A stretch of 16,695 nucleotides of DNA from Candidatus Hodarchaeota archaeon (GTDB taxonomy: Archaea; Asgardarchaeota; Heimdallarchaeia; Hodarchaeales; Hodarchaeaceae). The DNA lies in NCBI GenBank assembly GCA_029856365.1, contig JAHQWW010000081.1:1-16695 (forward strand), in the 5' to 3' direction. Positions 8,524 through 15,891 of the stretch are shown here, piece by piece. Position 1 is the stretch's first letter; every line of letters starts with the position of its first letter. The translations under genes were made by a program, and so were the position numbers. The notes under the pieces were generated by a model that did not search any database, was not told the origin of the DNA, and worked only from the letters and a program-made list of their open reading frames with translations.

Positions 8524-8832
8524 CTAGCTTATTTTTTCTATTTTAAATATGACTGGTCTCACACCGTCATTACATGGAACATACGTTACTCCAGGCTCTG
8601 GATATTCGAAATCACCACCATAAAAAAACATCGTGATGATATCATGTGTCTCATACCATACACGGGGACAAAAATCATCAGGCATTTCATAAATGTTCTC
8701 TACAAAGTATTCTTTTCCTTTTTCCATGCTGCACATAGGTATCGGTTTACCAGTGGATTGTCTAATTATTTCATGCCCGAAGATTTCTTTAGGATCAAAT
8801 TTCTTTATTACCGTTATCTTAACTTTTTTCAA
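8524..8832 (-). CDS. TIGR04076 family protein
   Basis: KVKITVIKK...C...G.EY...PDDFCPRVW...CNDGVRPVIFKIEKI. Start placed at TTG 8832, with GAGGT 6 nt upstream. Confidence 0.88.
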   Translation of the reverse strand: MKKVKITVIKKFDPKEIFGHEIIRQSTGKPIPMCSMEKGKEYFVENIYEMPDDFCPRVWYETHDIITMFFYGGDFEYPEPGVTYVPCNDGVRPVIFKIEKIS

Positions 8833-8866
8833 GTGCAAACCTCTTATTTAGAACATAGTTGAAAAA

Positions 8867-10060
8867 TTATTTCATTTTTCTACTTCTTTGGAGTCGTCTT
8901 TTCTTTGTATTGAGAATATAAAGAGTGATTAAGCTAGATGTTATTATCGGAATATTAAAACAAGGAACGGGTGAATACTCTACTATCTGAGGTTTCTGTT
9001 TGGTCCAATTATTTTCATCAAAGGAATAGATCCAAGTATCGTTATATGTTTCAGAATATCCACTTTTTACCCCTCCGAACATTATAACCTTACCATTCTC
9101 AGAATCATAAACCAATTTATGAAAGGATCTATTAGAGGGACTTACTTCTGGATTCATCTGAATCCAGCGATTTGATGTAACATTGAAAATCCATGTCTCT
9201 TGGGATAACCCCCCTTTTATAGATCCACCGAATAACATAATTACTTGTTTAGCCGAATCATAAACCATATCGTGCCAATACCGAGGACTTGGATGTTCTG
9301 GAAGATCTAACTGAGTCCATGAATAATTTAATAGATTAAATTCCCAGGTATCATTCAACTTATAATATCCAATTATTCGCCCTCCGAAAAGAACTCCCCT
9401 TTGATTCACAGGATCATATATCATACGGCTACCATATCGTGGACGAGGTTTAACGGAGATATTAAGGAGATTCCATATGTTATCGTCATAATCATATGTC
9501 CATGTTTCATCTGCTCCTTCGAGTTCCTCTATATATCCTCCAAAAAGGATTGTTTGGCCAATATCAGGGTCAAAATACATTGAAACAGACCCTCTTGGGG
9601 ATGGCCTATTTTTTGGAAATACCTCGGTCCAAGTCTTAGCTGCAGAATCATAAATCCACGTATCGTTACTCCACCCATATCGTGTGCTCCCTCCAAAAAG
9701 AATGAACTTTCGATTTATTGAATCATAAACCATTTCTTGACCTGACCTAGCCAGTGGTTTTTTAGCAAGATGTAGCTCACGCCAAATATTATTAGTGCAA
9801 TCATATACCCACATGTCATCTAATTCTCCGTTCTCCATATTGTAGCCCCCAAACAGAATTATTTGCTGGTTTTCTGGATCGTACACTAAACTATGGCCAT
9901 AACGTCCTAATAATGGAGCATTCATAATCCTTTGAGGGATTGAATTCACCTGAATCAACCTAGAAATCTCACAAAGATTAAACATTGAAAAAATTAGAAT
10001 TAGAAGAGAAGTTTGTAAGATTTTTCTTCTCGTAAGTGAAATGTCGTTGATTTTTATCAT
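8867..10060 (-). CDS. Secreted Kelch-repeat beta-propeller protein with C-terminal PGF-CTERM-like anchor
   Basis: Basic plus hydrophobic N-terminus; six repeats of R.gH.mvYD.....ilFGG......nDTW.y......W; C-terminal PCF, hydrophobic stretch, then KKRR. Confidence 0.9.
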   Translation of the reverse strand: MIKINDISLTRRKILQTSLLILIFSMFNLCEISRLIQVNSIPQRIMNAPLLGRYGHSLVYDPENQQIILFGGYNMENGELDDMWVYDCTNNIWRELHLAKKPLARSGQEMVYDSINRKFILFGGSTRYGWSNDTWIYDSAAKTWTEVFPKNRPSPRGSVSMYFDPDIGQTILFGGYIEELEGADETWTYDYDDNIWNLLNISVKPRPRYGSRMIYDPVNQRGVLFGGRIIGYYKLNDTWEFNLLNYSWTQLDLPEHPSPRYWHDMVYDSAKQVIMLFGGSIKGGLSQETWIFNVTSNRWIQMNPEVSPSNRSFHKLVYDSENGKVIMFGGVKSGYSETYNDTWIYSFDENNWTKQKPQIVEYSPVPCFNIPIITSSLITLYILNTKKRRLQRSRKMK

Positions 10061-10082
10061 TTCTCTTACTTTCTATATTTTT

Positions 10083-10919
10083 TTATCCAAGTTGGTTGCC
10101 ATAATAATTGTAAAAATATTCGAGTGTAGCTTTCTTCACCCATTCTCTAGGCGTATTGTCTTTATAAAAAGGAGGAATCTTGATACATTCAACTCCCTTC
10201 TCATTTTCGAGAATAGTAATTGTTTCTTCTTTTAATTTCTTTAGAAAGTTCACGTACACTTCTACTTCCTCTTTAGATACAATAGGCCCGTGTCCAGGGA
10301 TGATTGTTTCAACATCTAGGTTCATTATTTCTTGGAGAGCATTAATCCACTTATCAGGATTACAAGTTGGATCACCAGCCCAAGGCCATTGTTTAGCAAA
10401 AATCAAGTCTCCAATAAATAGTACTTTTTCATGAGGAAAATAAGCATAAGAAGAACATGAGGTATGGCCTCCGCAATGGTTAAGCTCAACAACCAATTTC
10501 CCGTCTCGAATTTCTATCCCATTCGTAAAAGTAATATGAGGAAGGAAGGAGATATCAATTTCATCTATTAAATGAGCCTTTTTAGGTTCTCTTTTCCTCC
10601 ATTCTTCAAATCTAATTAGTTGAATTTCTCTTTCAGCTATAATATTCTCAATAAGTAGTTCTGATCCGAGAAAAATCACATCATTAAAAGCAGGGACCCC
10701 CCATAGATGATCACCATGATAGTGGGTTATAAAAAGGAACCTTATCGGCAGTTTGAAAACTTTTTCAACTTGATTACGTAATAATCTGCCAGTTGAAGGA
10801 AATAATGTAGAATCAATTACTAAACTGAAGTTATCTAACGAAATCGCTCCTGCTATAAAATCCTCAGAAGTTGCAACTAGAGTACGATCAGTTATTTTTT
10901 TATATGCAATGTTGGTCAA
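10083..10919 (-). CDS. Metallo-beta-lactamase-fold hydrolase (cyclase-like)
   Basis: VIDS, THYHGDH, GGHT, LFIGDL and IIPGHG motifs. Confidence 0.93.
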   Translation of the reverse strand: MTNIAYKKITDRTLVATSEDFIAGAISLDNFSLVIDSTLFPSTGRLLRNQVEKVFKLPIRFLFITHYHGDHLWGVPAFNDVIFLGSELLIENIIAEREIQLIRFEEWRKREPKKAHLIDEIDISFLPHITFTNGIEIRDGKLVVELNHCGGHTSCSSYAYFPHEKVLFIGDLIFAKQWPWAGDPTCNPDKWINALQEIMNLDVETIIPGHGPIVSKEEVEVYVNFLKKLKEETITILENEKGVECIKIPPFYKDNTPREWVKKATLEYFYNYYGNQLG

Positions 10920-11317
10920 GTTAAATCCCTGATTCTTGAATCTGAAAATATTTTTGATCTATTCTCATGATGTGATCACTAACGGTGTATTTTGCTGACA
11001 ATAAGCCAATTTAAACCATATTTCTCTTAAGAATATGAATTGAGGAGAATCTTTGAGGATAATTTACCATTCAGTAATATACTAAATCCTTAAAAGCTTT
11101 TTCACTAATGCAAAAATGATTGAAATTATCAATATCAATTAAATTTCTTTTATCTGAGGAAACAGGAGAGAAATTAGGGTTAAAACAGAAGTTAAAAAGT
11201 ACTATTTAAGAAAGGATTTAGATGGATTTTCACAGATATTTATCGAATAACGAACTGCGTACTTTTCGTTTGCCTTCATCATTATGTTTTAAAGAAAAAT
11301 GTGTGTAAAGAAGTATC

Positions 11318-11338
11318 AAATGGATGTTTCATCCATTT
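11318..11338. promoter_or_regulatory. Perfect 9-3-9 inverted repeat, operator candidate
   Basis: AAATGGATG-TTT-CATCCATTT, ending 37 nt upstream of the ATG at 11376. Confidence 0.5.
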
Positions 11339-11375
11339 ACTATTGAATTATCATTATCTAAGGGAATGATTCTGT

Positions 11376-11786
11376 ATGAAAACATCAGAAGTTGAAAATA
11401 TACAAAAATCTTTAGATATTTTTGTAGAAGGACTTCGATTATTGGATTATAATAAAATAAGTGAAATATTTTTCGAGAAAGCATTAAGTTGTGGCTCTGT
11501 AAAAGGCGTTGTTCAATATGTTTATAGAGATCATTGGAAAGAAATGGCTAAACAGGCGAAAGCTAAAGGAGAAGATTTCGAGTCTTCAACTGCTAGCTAT
11601 ACAATTGAATCTCTAAATATCATTGGCAATGCAGCTTCAGTGATAATAAACTTGACATTTAGAACTGAAAATAAGATAACAGAGAAGTATATTGATTTTT
11701 ATCACATGTTAAAGGTTGAAGACAAGTGGTATATTGTTAATAAAATATTCCCCACTAATATACAAAGGGGAAGAATGGAGGAATAA
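11376..11786 (+). CDS. NTF2-like superfamily protein (Lumazine_bd_2-like)
   Basis: N-terminal helix, IFFEKA, IESLNIIGNAASV and YIDFYHMLKVEDKWYIVNKIF, typical of the putative lumazine-binding NTF2 family. Confidence 0.85.
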   Translation: MKTSEVENIQKSLDIFVEGLRLLDYNKISEIFFEKALSCGSVKGVVQYVYRDHWKEMAKQAKAKGEDFESSTASYTIESLNIIGNAASVIINLTFRTENKITEKYIDFYHMLKVEDKWYIVNKIFPTNIQRGRMEE

Positions 11787-11808
11787 ATTGCTAAAAAGAG
11801 GTTTTAAG

Positions 11809-12138
11809 TTGTCATCAGGAATAGCAAAGTGCAAAATTACTGTGATTAAAAGAACTCTAGATCAAGATTTAATTAATAAGTATGCAGATGATAAATATAT
11901 AGATCATATGAAGCTCTGTGAGATTTTTCAAGATAACCAAGAGTTTATCTTAGAAGGAGACGCAGCCTTCTCCCAACCACCAAAAGATTTCTGTGCTTGG
12001 GCTTGGGCTGATATACGAAAGGATATATTGACTGTGGCACTTGGATGTGACATACCTGGAATGAAACGCCGAGGAATGGTTATAACTGGCTGTACAGATT
12101 GGTTTCGACCTGTGATTTTCAAAATAGAAAGGATTTAA
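11809..12138 (+). CDS. TIGR04076 family protein
   Basis: CKITVIKR...LCEIFQDNQEF...PKDFCAWAWADI...GCTDWFRPVIFKIERI. Start reassigned to TTG 11809, with GAGGT at 11798-11802. Confidence 0.9.
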   Translation: MSSGIAKCKITVIKRTLDQDLINKYADDKYIDHMKLCEIFQDNQEFILEGDAAFSQPPKDFCAWAWADIRKDILTVALGCDIPGMKRRGMVITGCTDWFRPVIFKIERI

Positions 12139-12194
12139 AGGAGATTTGATCAGTTTTTCTTTAATTATACTTATTTCACCTATTCTTGCATTCT

Positions 12195-12389
12195 TCAAGT
12201 TAATCGCCACATAAGACCAATTCCAATAATTGTAGAAACTTCTAATGTTCCATTGTTTAGTAGTAAAGTTGGCCAAGCTTCATTTAGATGTGTTAGTGGA
12301 TTCATTATACTAAAATTTTGAATCAATCGAGCTGTTGCTGCTGCTTGGGCCGTTTATCCTCCGAATGTGGTTACTATTATGAAAGCCAT
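12195..12389 (-). pseudogene. Degraded C-terminal fragment of an ABC-2 permease
   Basis: MAFIIVTTFGG*TAQAAATARLIQNFSIMNPLTHLNEAWPTLLLNNGTLEVSTIIGIGLMWRLT* resembles the ABC-2 permease tail (fsG...lq.is..NPlty..ea.r.lll.g). In-frame TAA at 12354-12356. Confidence 0.5.
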
Positions 12390-12496
12390 CTTAGGAATTG
12401 AGGATTAATCAAAGACATTTACGTATCTTGAAATTATTTTTCTTGACATGATTATGAAGTAGTGGTTTAGGGATTTATAAATGGATAAATTAGCGT

Positions 12497-13119
12497 TCAA
12501 TAAAAGCTATATCCAGCTTCTCTTACAAATTCAAGCCATTGTTGTTGTGAATCCACTATTTCAGGTAAACTTGTCAATGGTGACCAAAATAGCCTAAATA
12601 TATGGTTATTTGCCAATTTTTCCCATTCATCCTGAACTTTTTCATTTATTTCCAGATGAAAAAATGTCTCCTGATTTCTTTAGCAAGAATATTTGTTAAA
12701 ACCCAACCTGTTATTGAATACGTTACAAATTGAGGATTTGGGTATTTATCATATTCACTATAAGTTATTTGTGAGAAATTGTTAATTGTACGATTAGTTA
12801 TAACAGTAATTCCCCTTTTGAGGTCAATCAAATCAGGGCTGTTAGAATCTGGACGAGAATAAACCTTTGATTTCTCTGAGGTAAGAAATTGATTATGTGA
12901 CAGAATATAATCTTTAAAGCCAAGATATGCCATGATTGCTATTTTTCTTAATCCAGTCTCCTCCGTAACCTCCCTCATCAGAGCTTCTTTTACATTCTCT
13001 TCTTTTTCCACAGTACCTGCTGGGATTTGTATTCCTGCATTTGGATGTTGAATTAGAAGAAGTTCACAATACTGATTTCTCTTTCGAGTGATGAAAGCAG
13101 TCACTTTTTCAACATTCAT
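12497..13119 (-). CDS. NUDIX hydrolase with internal SH3-like insert, frameshifted at an A6/T6 run (12659-12664)
   Basis: Nudix box GTVEKEENVKEALMREVTEETGL. After RRHF, adding one T restores FHLEINEKVQDEWEKLANNHIFRLFWSPLTSLPEIVDSQQQWLEFVREAGYSFY* (TGA 12497-12499), giving 207 aa. Confidence 0.85.
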
Positions 13120-13231
13120 ACTCTTTAATCATCCATCTTTACCAGTGAATCGTTTTTTAATGACGGTGAATTTAAACTTTGGTTTCCCCTTCATGAGTTC
13201 CAGTAAAGTTATCCTACTCAAAATTTAGTAA

Positions 13232-14101
13232 TTATAAGAGTAAATAGCGACATAATTCTTCTAAATGGTTCATATAAACGGAAAAATGTCCTTCATCTGG
13301 AAAAAATTTTGTTTCACAGCTTGGAATGATTTCACTCATTTCTTTAACCGCATTAAAAGTAAGATCATCTTCTCCATGCCAAAGAATAATTTTTTGATTA
13401 GGAGAGATGTCTTCTAATTGAAATCCCCATGTTGATGAAAAGATTTTCATTTCCTGGACTGCACCATTTAGAGTATATTGTGTACCTTCTTTAATTGCTC
13501 TTGAAATGAGAGGTAAGTAGTTTCCTTCATCTTTAAGTATAAATTTAGCGTCTGCTGGTGGATATCGTTTCTGATGTTTTCGTGTAAAGTCCTTTAATCG
13601 CTCGGAATCAGAGCTAGTCTTTGATATCATCTTCATGTATTGGCTATAAATGAATGGAAAATGCTTGAATATCCACCCTTGTGCTCTTAATAACCGTGGA
13701 AAATGCTTTGTACCAATTTCTGGTGGTCCAGGGGTACCAATAGATATACAATTACGTAATTTTTCGGGAATCTTGTACGCACATACAATAGCATGTGGTC
13801 CTCCTCCAGAGATACCCATAGTAGAGAATTTTTCGATTCCCAAGAATTTTGCAAGTTCTAAAACTGTATCAGGCCAATCTAACAACTTTCTATTTTGAAA
13901 ATCAGATAGACCAAATCCTGGACGATCTATAATAATTATTTGTATATTTTTTTCTAATCCTTTTGCATGGAAAAGCTTCCCCTCCAAGCGAGAACTCCCC
14001 GTACCATGAAAATGAAATACAGGTGTTCCTTCGTCAGCTCCATATTTAGCATAACCAAGCTTTTTCCCATTATGCAAAATGAAAACTTCATTCTCTTTCA
14101 T
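13232..14101 (-). CDS. Alpha/beta-fold hydrolase
   Basis: HFHGTGSSR, IDRPGFGLS, nucleophile elbow GISGGG, WHGEDD and EGH. Confidence 0.94.
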   Translation of the reverse strand: MKENEVFILHNGKKLGYAKYGADEGTPVFHFHGTGSSRLEGKLFHAKGLEKNIQIIIIDRPGFGLSDFQNRKLLDWPDTVLELAKFLGIEKFSTMGISGGGPHAIVCAYKIPEKLRNCISIGTPGPPEIGTKHFPRLLRAQGWIFKHFPFIYSQYMKMISKTSSDSERLKDFTRKHQKRYPPADAKFILKDEGNYLPLISRAIKEGTQYTLNGAVQEMKIFSSTWGFQLEDISPNQKIILWHGEDDLTFNAVKEMSEIIPSCETKFFPDEGHFSVYMNHLEELCRYLLL

Positions 14102-14202
14102 GAGATCATCCTGAACAATTTAATGGATATTAGACGGTCAGAAAATTTTCTTGATTCCTTCATTTGCAATAGAGAAAATCATTTAACTGTAATTTTTGGT
14201 TC

Positions 14203-14253
14203 AATTTATAAATTTTAAAAAAATCTAGTAAAAGTTTACCCTTCATAAGGTGA
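14203..14253 (+). promoter_or_regulatory. Putative TATA box and Shine-Dalgarno of the 14261 gene
   Basis: TTTATAAA at 14205-14212, inside the palindrome AATTTATAAATT; AAGGTGA at 14247-14253, 7 nt before the GTG. Confidence 0.5.
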
Positions 14254-14260
14254 TCATCAA

Positions 14261-15136
14261 GTGAAAATTTGTTCTTCATGTAGATTTCCAGTTGTTACTA
14301 CCAAGAAGATCATTACTGAAGTATGGGGGTGGATTCTTAATCAAGACTATTCTGATGAAGTTAAAATTACGAAAAAACCTCGTGTTATTATATTTACTCA
14401 GAAAGAATGTCGATTCATGCTTAGTGTGACATTAGAACCGATACTTAAAGCCATTGAAGAATGGAATACTCCATTTGGTTCACATACCAAAGAAGCAGCT
14501 AATAATCGTGGAGTTCTTGACTATTTAAATAGGTGGTATGGAACTCTTAACCATGATGTGAGATTGAATGTTATTGAGGTCATGGCACAAAAAGGATTAA
14601 TTAAATTAGAGATTGTTAACAGTGTTTGTTCAACCTGCGAGCAAAAATTAAGAATACCAAGGAAAAAAACTAAAAGAAAGACAAAAGAAAAGAAAGAAGT
14701 CACTTGGAAAAATCTTATTCAATTATATTTAGAAAAAAACATACACAACACAAAAGAACGTCATCCTGATACAATAGCTGAATCATTGGAATTAAGTATA
14801 GCCCAAGTTCATGAAAACTTGGAAGAATTAGAAAAAGAGGGGGTTGTCCGAAAAGAATTCAAGTTTTTTGATTATTATATCCTCACAAAGGATTATAATT
14901 CTGAAACAGCCAGAAAACACTTAGAAATCCTAGATTATTTGAAACAACACTTGGATTGTCCTTCTACGAAATGTACGCAGTTTTCGATATCACTATCCTT
15001 TGATCTTCCTTTCGCTATTGTTGGTTTTATTCTGAATACAATGCGTAATAATCGTTTAATCAAAAAAGATACGATAGAAGTATCATCTGATGGGAATACA
15101 AGGAAAATAGCTTGTTACGTCCCTTCTTCATACTAA
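14261..15136 (+). CDS. Hypothetical protein: split CxxC...CxxC zinc site, Lys/Arg-rich linker, tandem winged-helix domains
   Basis: C4xxC7 and C123xxC126; RIPRKKTKRKTKEKK; wHTH-like PDTIAESLELSIAQVHENLEELEKEGVVRK and TQFSISLSFDLPFAIVGFILNTMRNNRLIKK; strong RBS. Confidence 0.7.
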   Translation: MKICSSCRFPVVTTKKIITEVWGWILNQDYSDEVKITKKPRVIIFTQKECRFMLSVTLEPILKAIEEWNTPFGSHTKEAANNRGVLDYLNRWYGTLNHDVRLNVIEVMAQKGLIKLEIVNSVCSTCEQKLRIPRKKTKRKTKEKKEVTWKNLIQLYLEKNIHNTKERHPDTIAESLELSIAQVHENLEELEKEGVVRKEFKFFDYYILTKDYNSETARKHLEILDYLKQHLDCPSTKCTQFSISLSFDLPFAIVGFILNTMRNNRLIKKDTIEVSSDGNTRKIACYVPSSY

Positions 15137-15156
15137 ATAAATAACAAATATTCTGT

Positions 15157-15254
15157 TTTGACTTTGGAAAAAGTCAAATCATGCTTCCCCTTTTAAAAAA
15201 ATCTTGATACTATTATCAAGATTTTGGTAATTTTGCAATAAATTGCAAAATTAC
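15157..15254. repeat. Cluster of three perfect inverted repeats
   Basis: TTTGACTTT-GGAA-AAAGTCAAA (15157-15178); AAAATCTTGATA-CTAT-TATCAAGATTTT (15198-15225); GTAATTTTGCAAT-AA-ATTGCAAAATTAC (15227-15254). Confidence 0.9.
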
Positions 15255-15405
15255 TGTCTTCAACCAGAGTTATGCTAGGTAAATGTATCCGTTTTATTAG
15301 ATGTGAACCAAACCAGAACCAATGTGACCTGAAAATTTGTAGTAATAATGATGTCAGTCAGGCGAGTTATTTTTTTTGATTGGATTGATTTATGATAAGA
15401 AAACT

Positions 15406-15684
15406 CTAAATCTTCTTGATAGTAATTTCGATCGCACTGAGGTTCAATAACTTTCCTTCACTGTTTTCTAATTGTTCTGTGTTTATTTGAATGTTTGTGA
15501 CCTCAACTAAATCCTTCATAAATCGTTTACACAAGATTTCTGCTACGTCGACAGTGCGACTTATTGCTCTTCCACGTGCTTTCAGGACAATCGTCTTCGC
15601 TCCACTGTTAAATTGAATCACGCAGGCCATAACATACGCTGTTGCAGGCTTATTTCCAATGAATATTATATTTTTCTCTGTCAC
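15406..15684 (-). CDS. albA: DNA/RNA-binding chromatin protein Alba
   Basis: IFIGNKP...YVMA, IVLKARGRAISRTVDVAE, KRF and SAIEITI; GTG start. Confidence 0.96.
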   Translation of the reverse strand: MTEKNIIFIGNKPATAYVMACVIQFNSGAKTIVLKARGRAISRTVDVAEILCKRFMKDLVEVTNIQINTEQLENSEGKLLNLSAIEITIKKI

Positions 15685-15891
15685 GGGTGTTTGTTTCTCC
15701 TTGTTTCTGAGGTGTTTTTCTTTTTCTGTGATTTTTATGAGTGATTCTGTTCTTGGTAATTCTTGCTTATAAATCTGTATTTACTCATGTTCCGTTATCC
15801 TTAATAAATTGAGTATTCATAAACCAACCCACAAAGATGGTAATTCACTAGGAATAAAGCTTTTTACAATAAACATAGTTTGAAATGCGTT

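Noticed and set aside
9100-9740. Recurring GAATCATAAACCA 13-mer as a possible CRISPR or DNA repeat
   Set aside because: It encodes the VYDS motif of the Kelch repeats, and the spacing follows the protein repeats.
10920-11310. Small ORFs or gene remnants in the long intergenic region
   Set aside because: Frames are short and interrupted, with no convincing family motif.
11340-11358. Fur-box-like ATCATTATC (also near 6203-6211)
   Set aside because: Only a half-site match in very AT-rich DNA, and not upstream of an iron gene.
8098-14260. Integron-like cassette array (many small accessory hydrolase and repair genes)
   Set aside because: No repeated attC-like element between genes, mixed orientation, and no integrase in the window.
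1080-14703. Short ORFs overlapping real genes (1080-1364, 1287-1487, 1617-1832, 3223-3492, 5582-5836, 6290-6472, 7209-7418, 8644-8862, 9401-9583, 10041-10235, 10180-10434, 11928-12122, 11950-12276, 13650-13898, 13967-14218, 14521-14703)
   Set aside because: Antisense or alternate-frame shadows of well-supported CDSs, with no recognisable motifs.
15198-15254. Canonical dif/Xer site or FNR box
   Set aside because: The 28-bp length fits, but the TAA-N6-TTA core is absent. The TTGAT-ATCAA spacing is 6, not the 4 of FNR. Kept only as unexplained palindromes.
14186-15257. Terminal inverted repeats flanking the wHTH gene (ACTGTAATTTT / AAAATTACTGT) suggesting an IS
   Set aside because: An 11-bp AT-rich match with a mismatch, no target duplication seen, and no transposase catalytic motif in the ORF.
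15320-15365. Possible SECIS, C/D-box or kink-turn RNA (CCTGA...ATGATG...TCAGG)
   Set aside because: Only a 5-bp stem, an incomplete C box, and no in-frame UGA candidate selenoprotein in the flanking genes.
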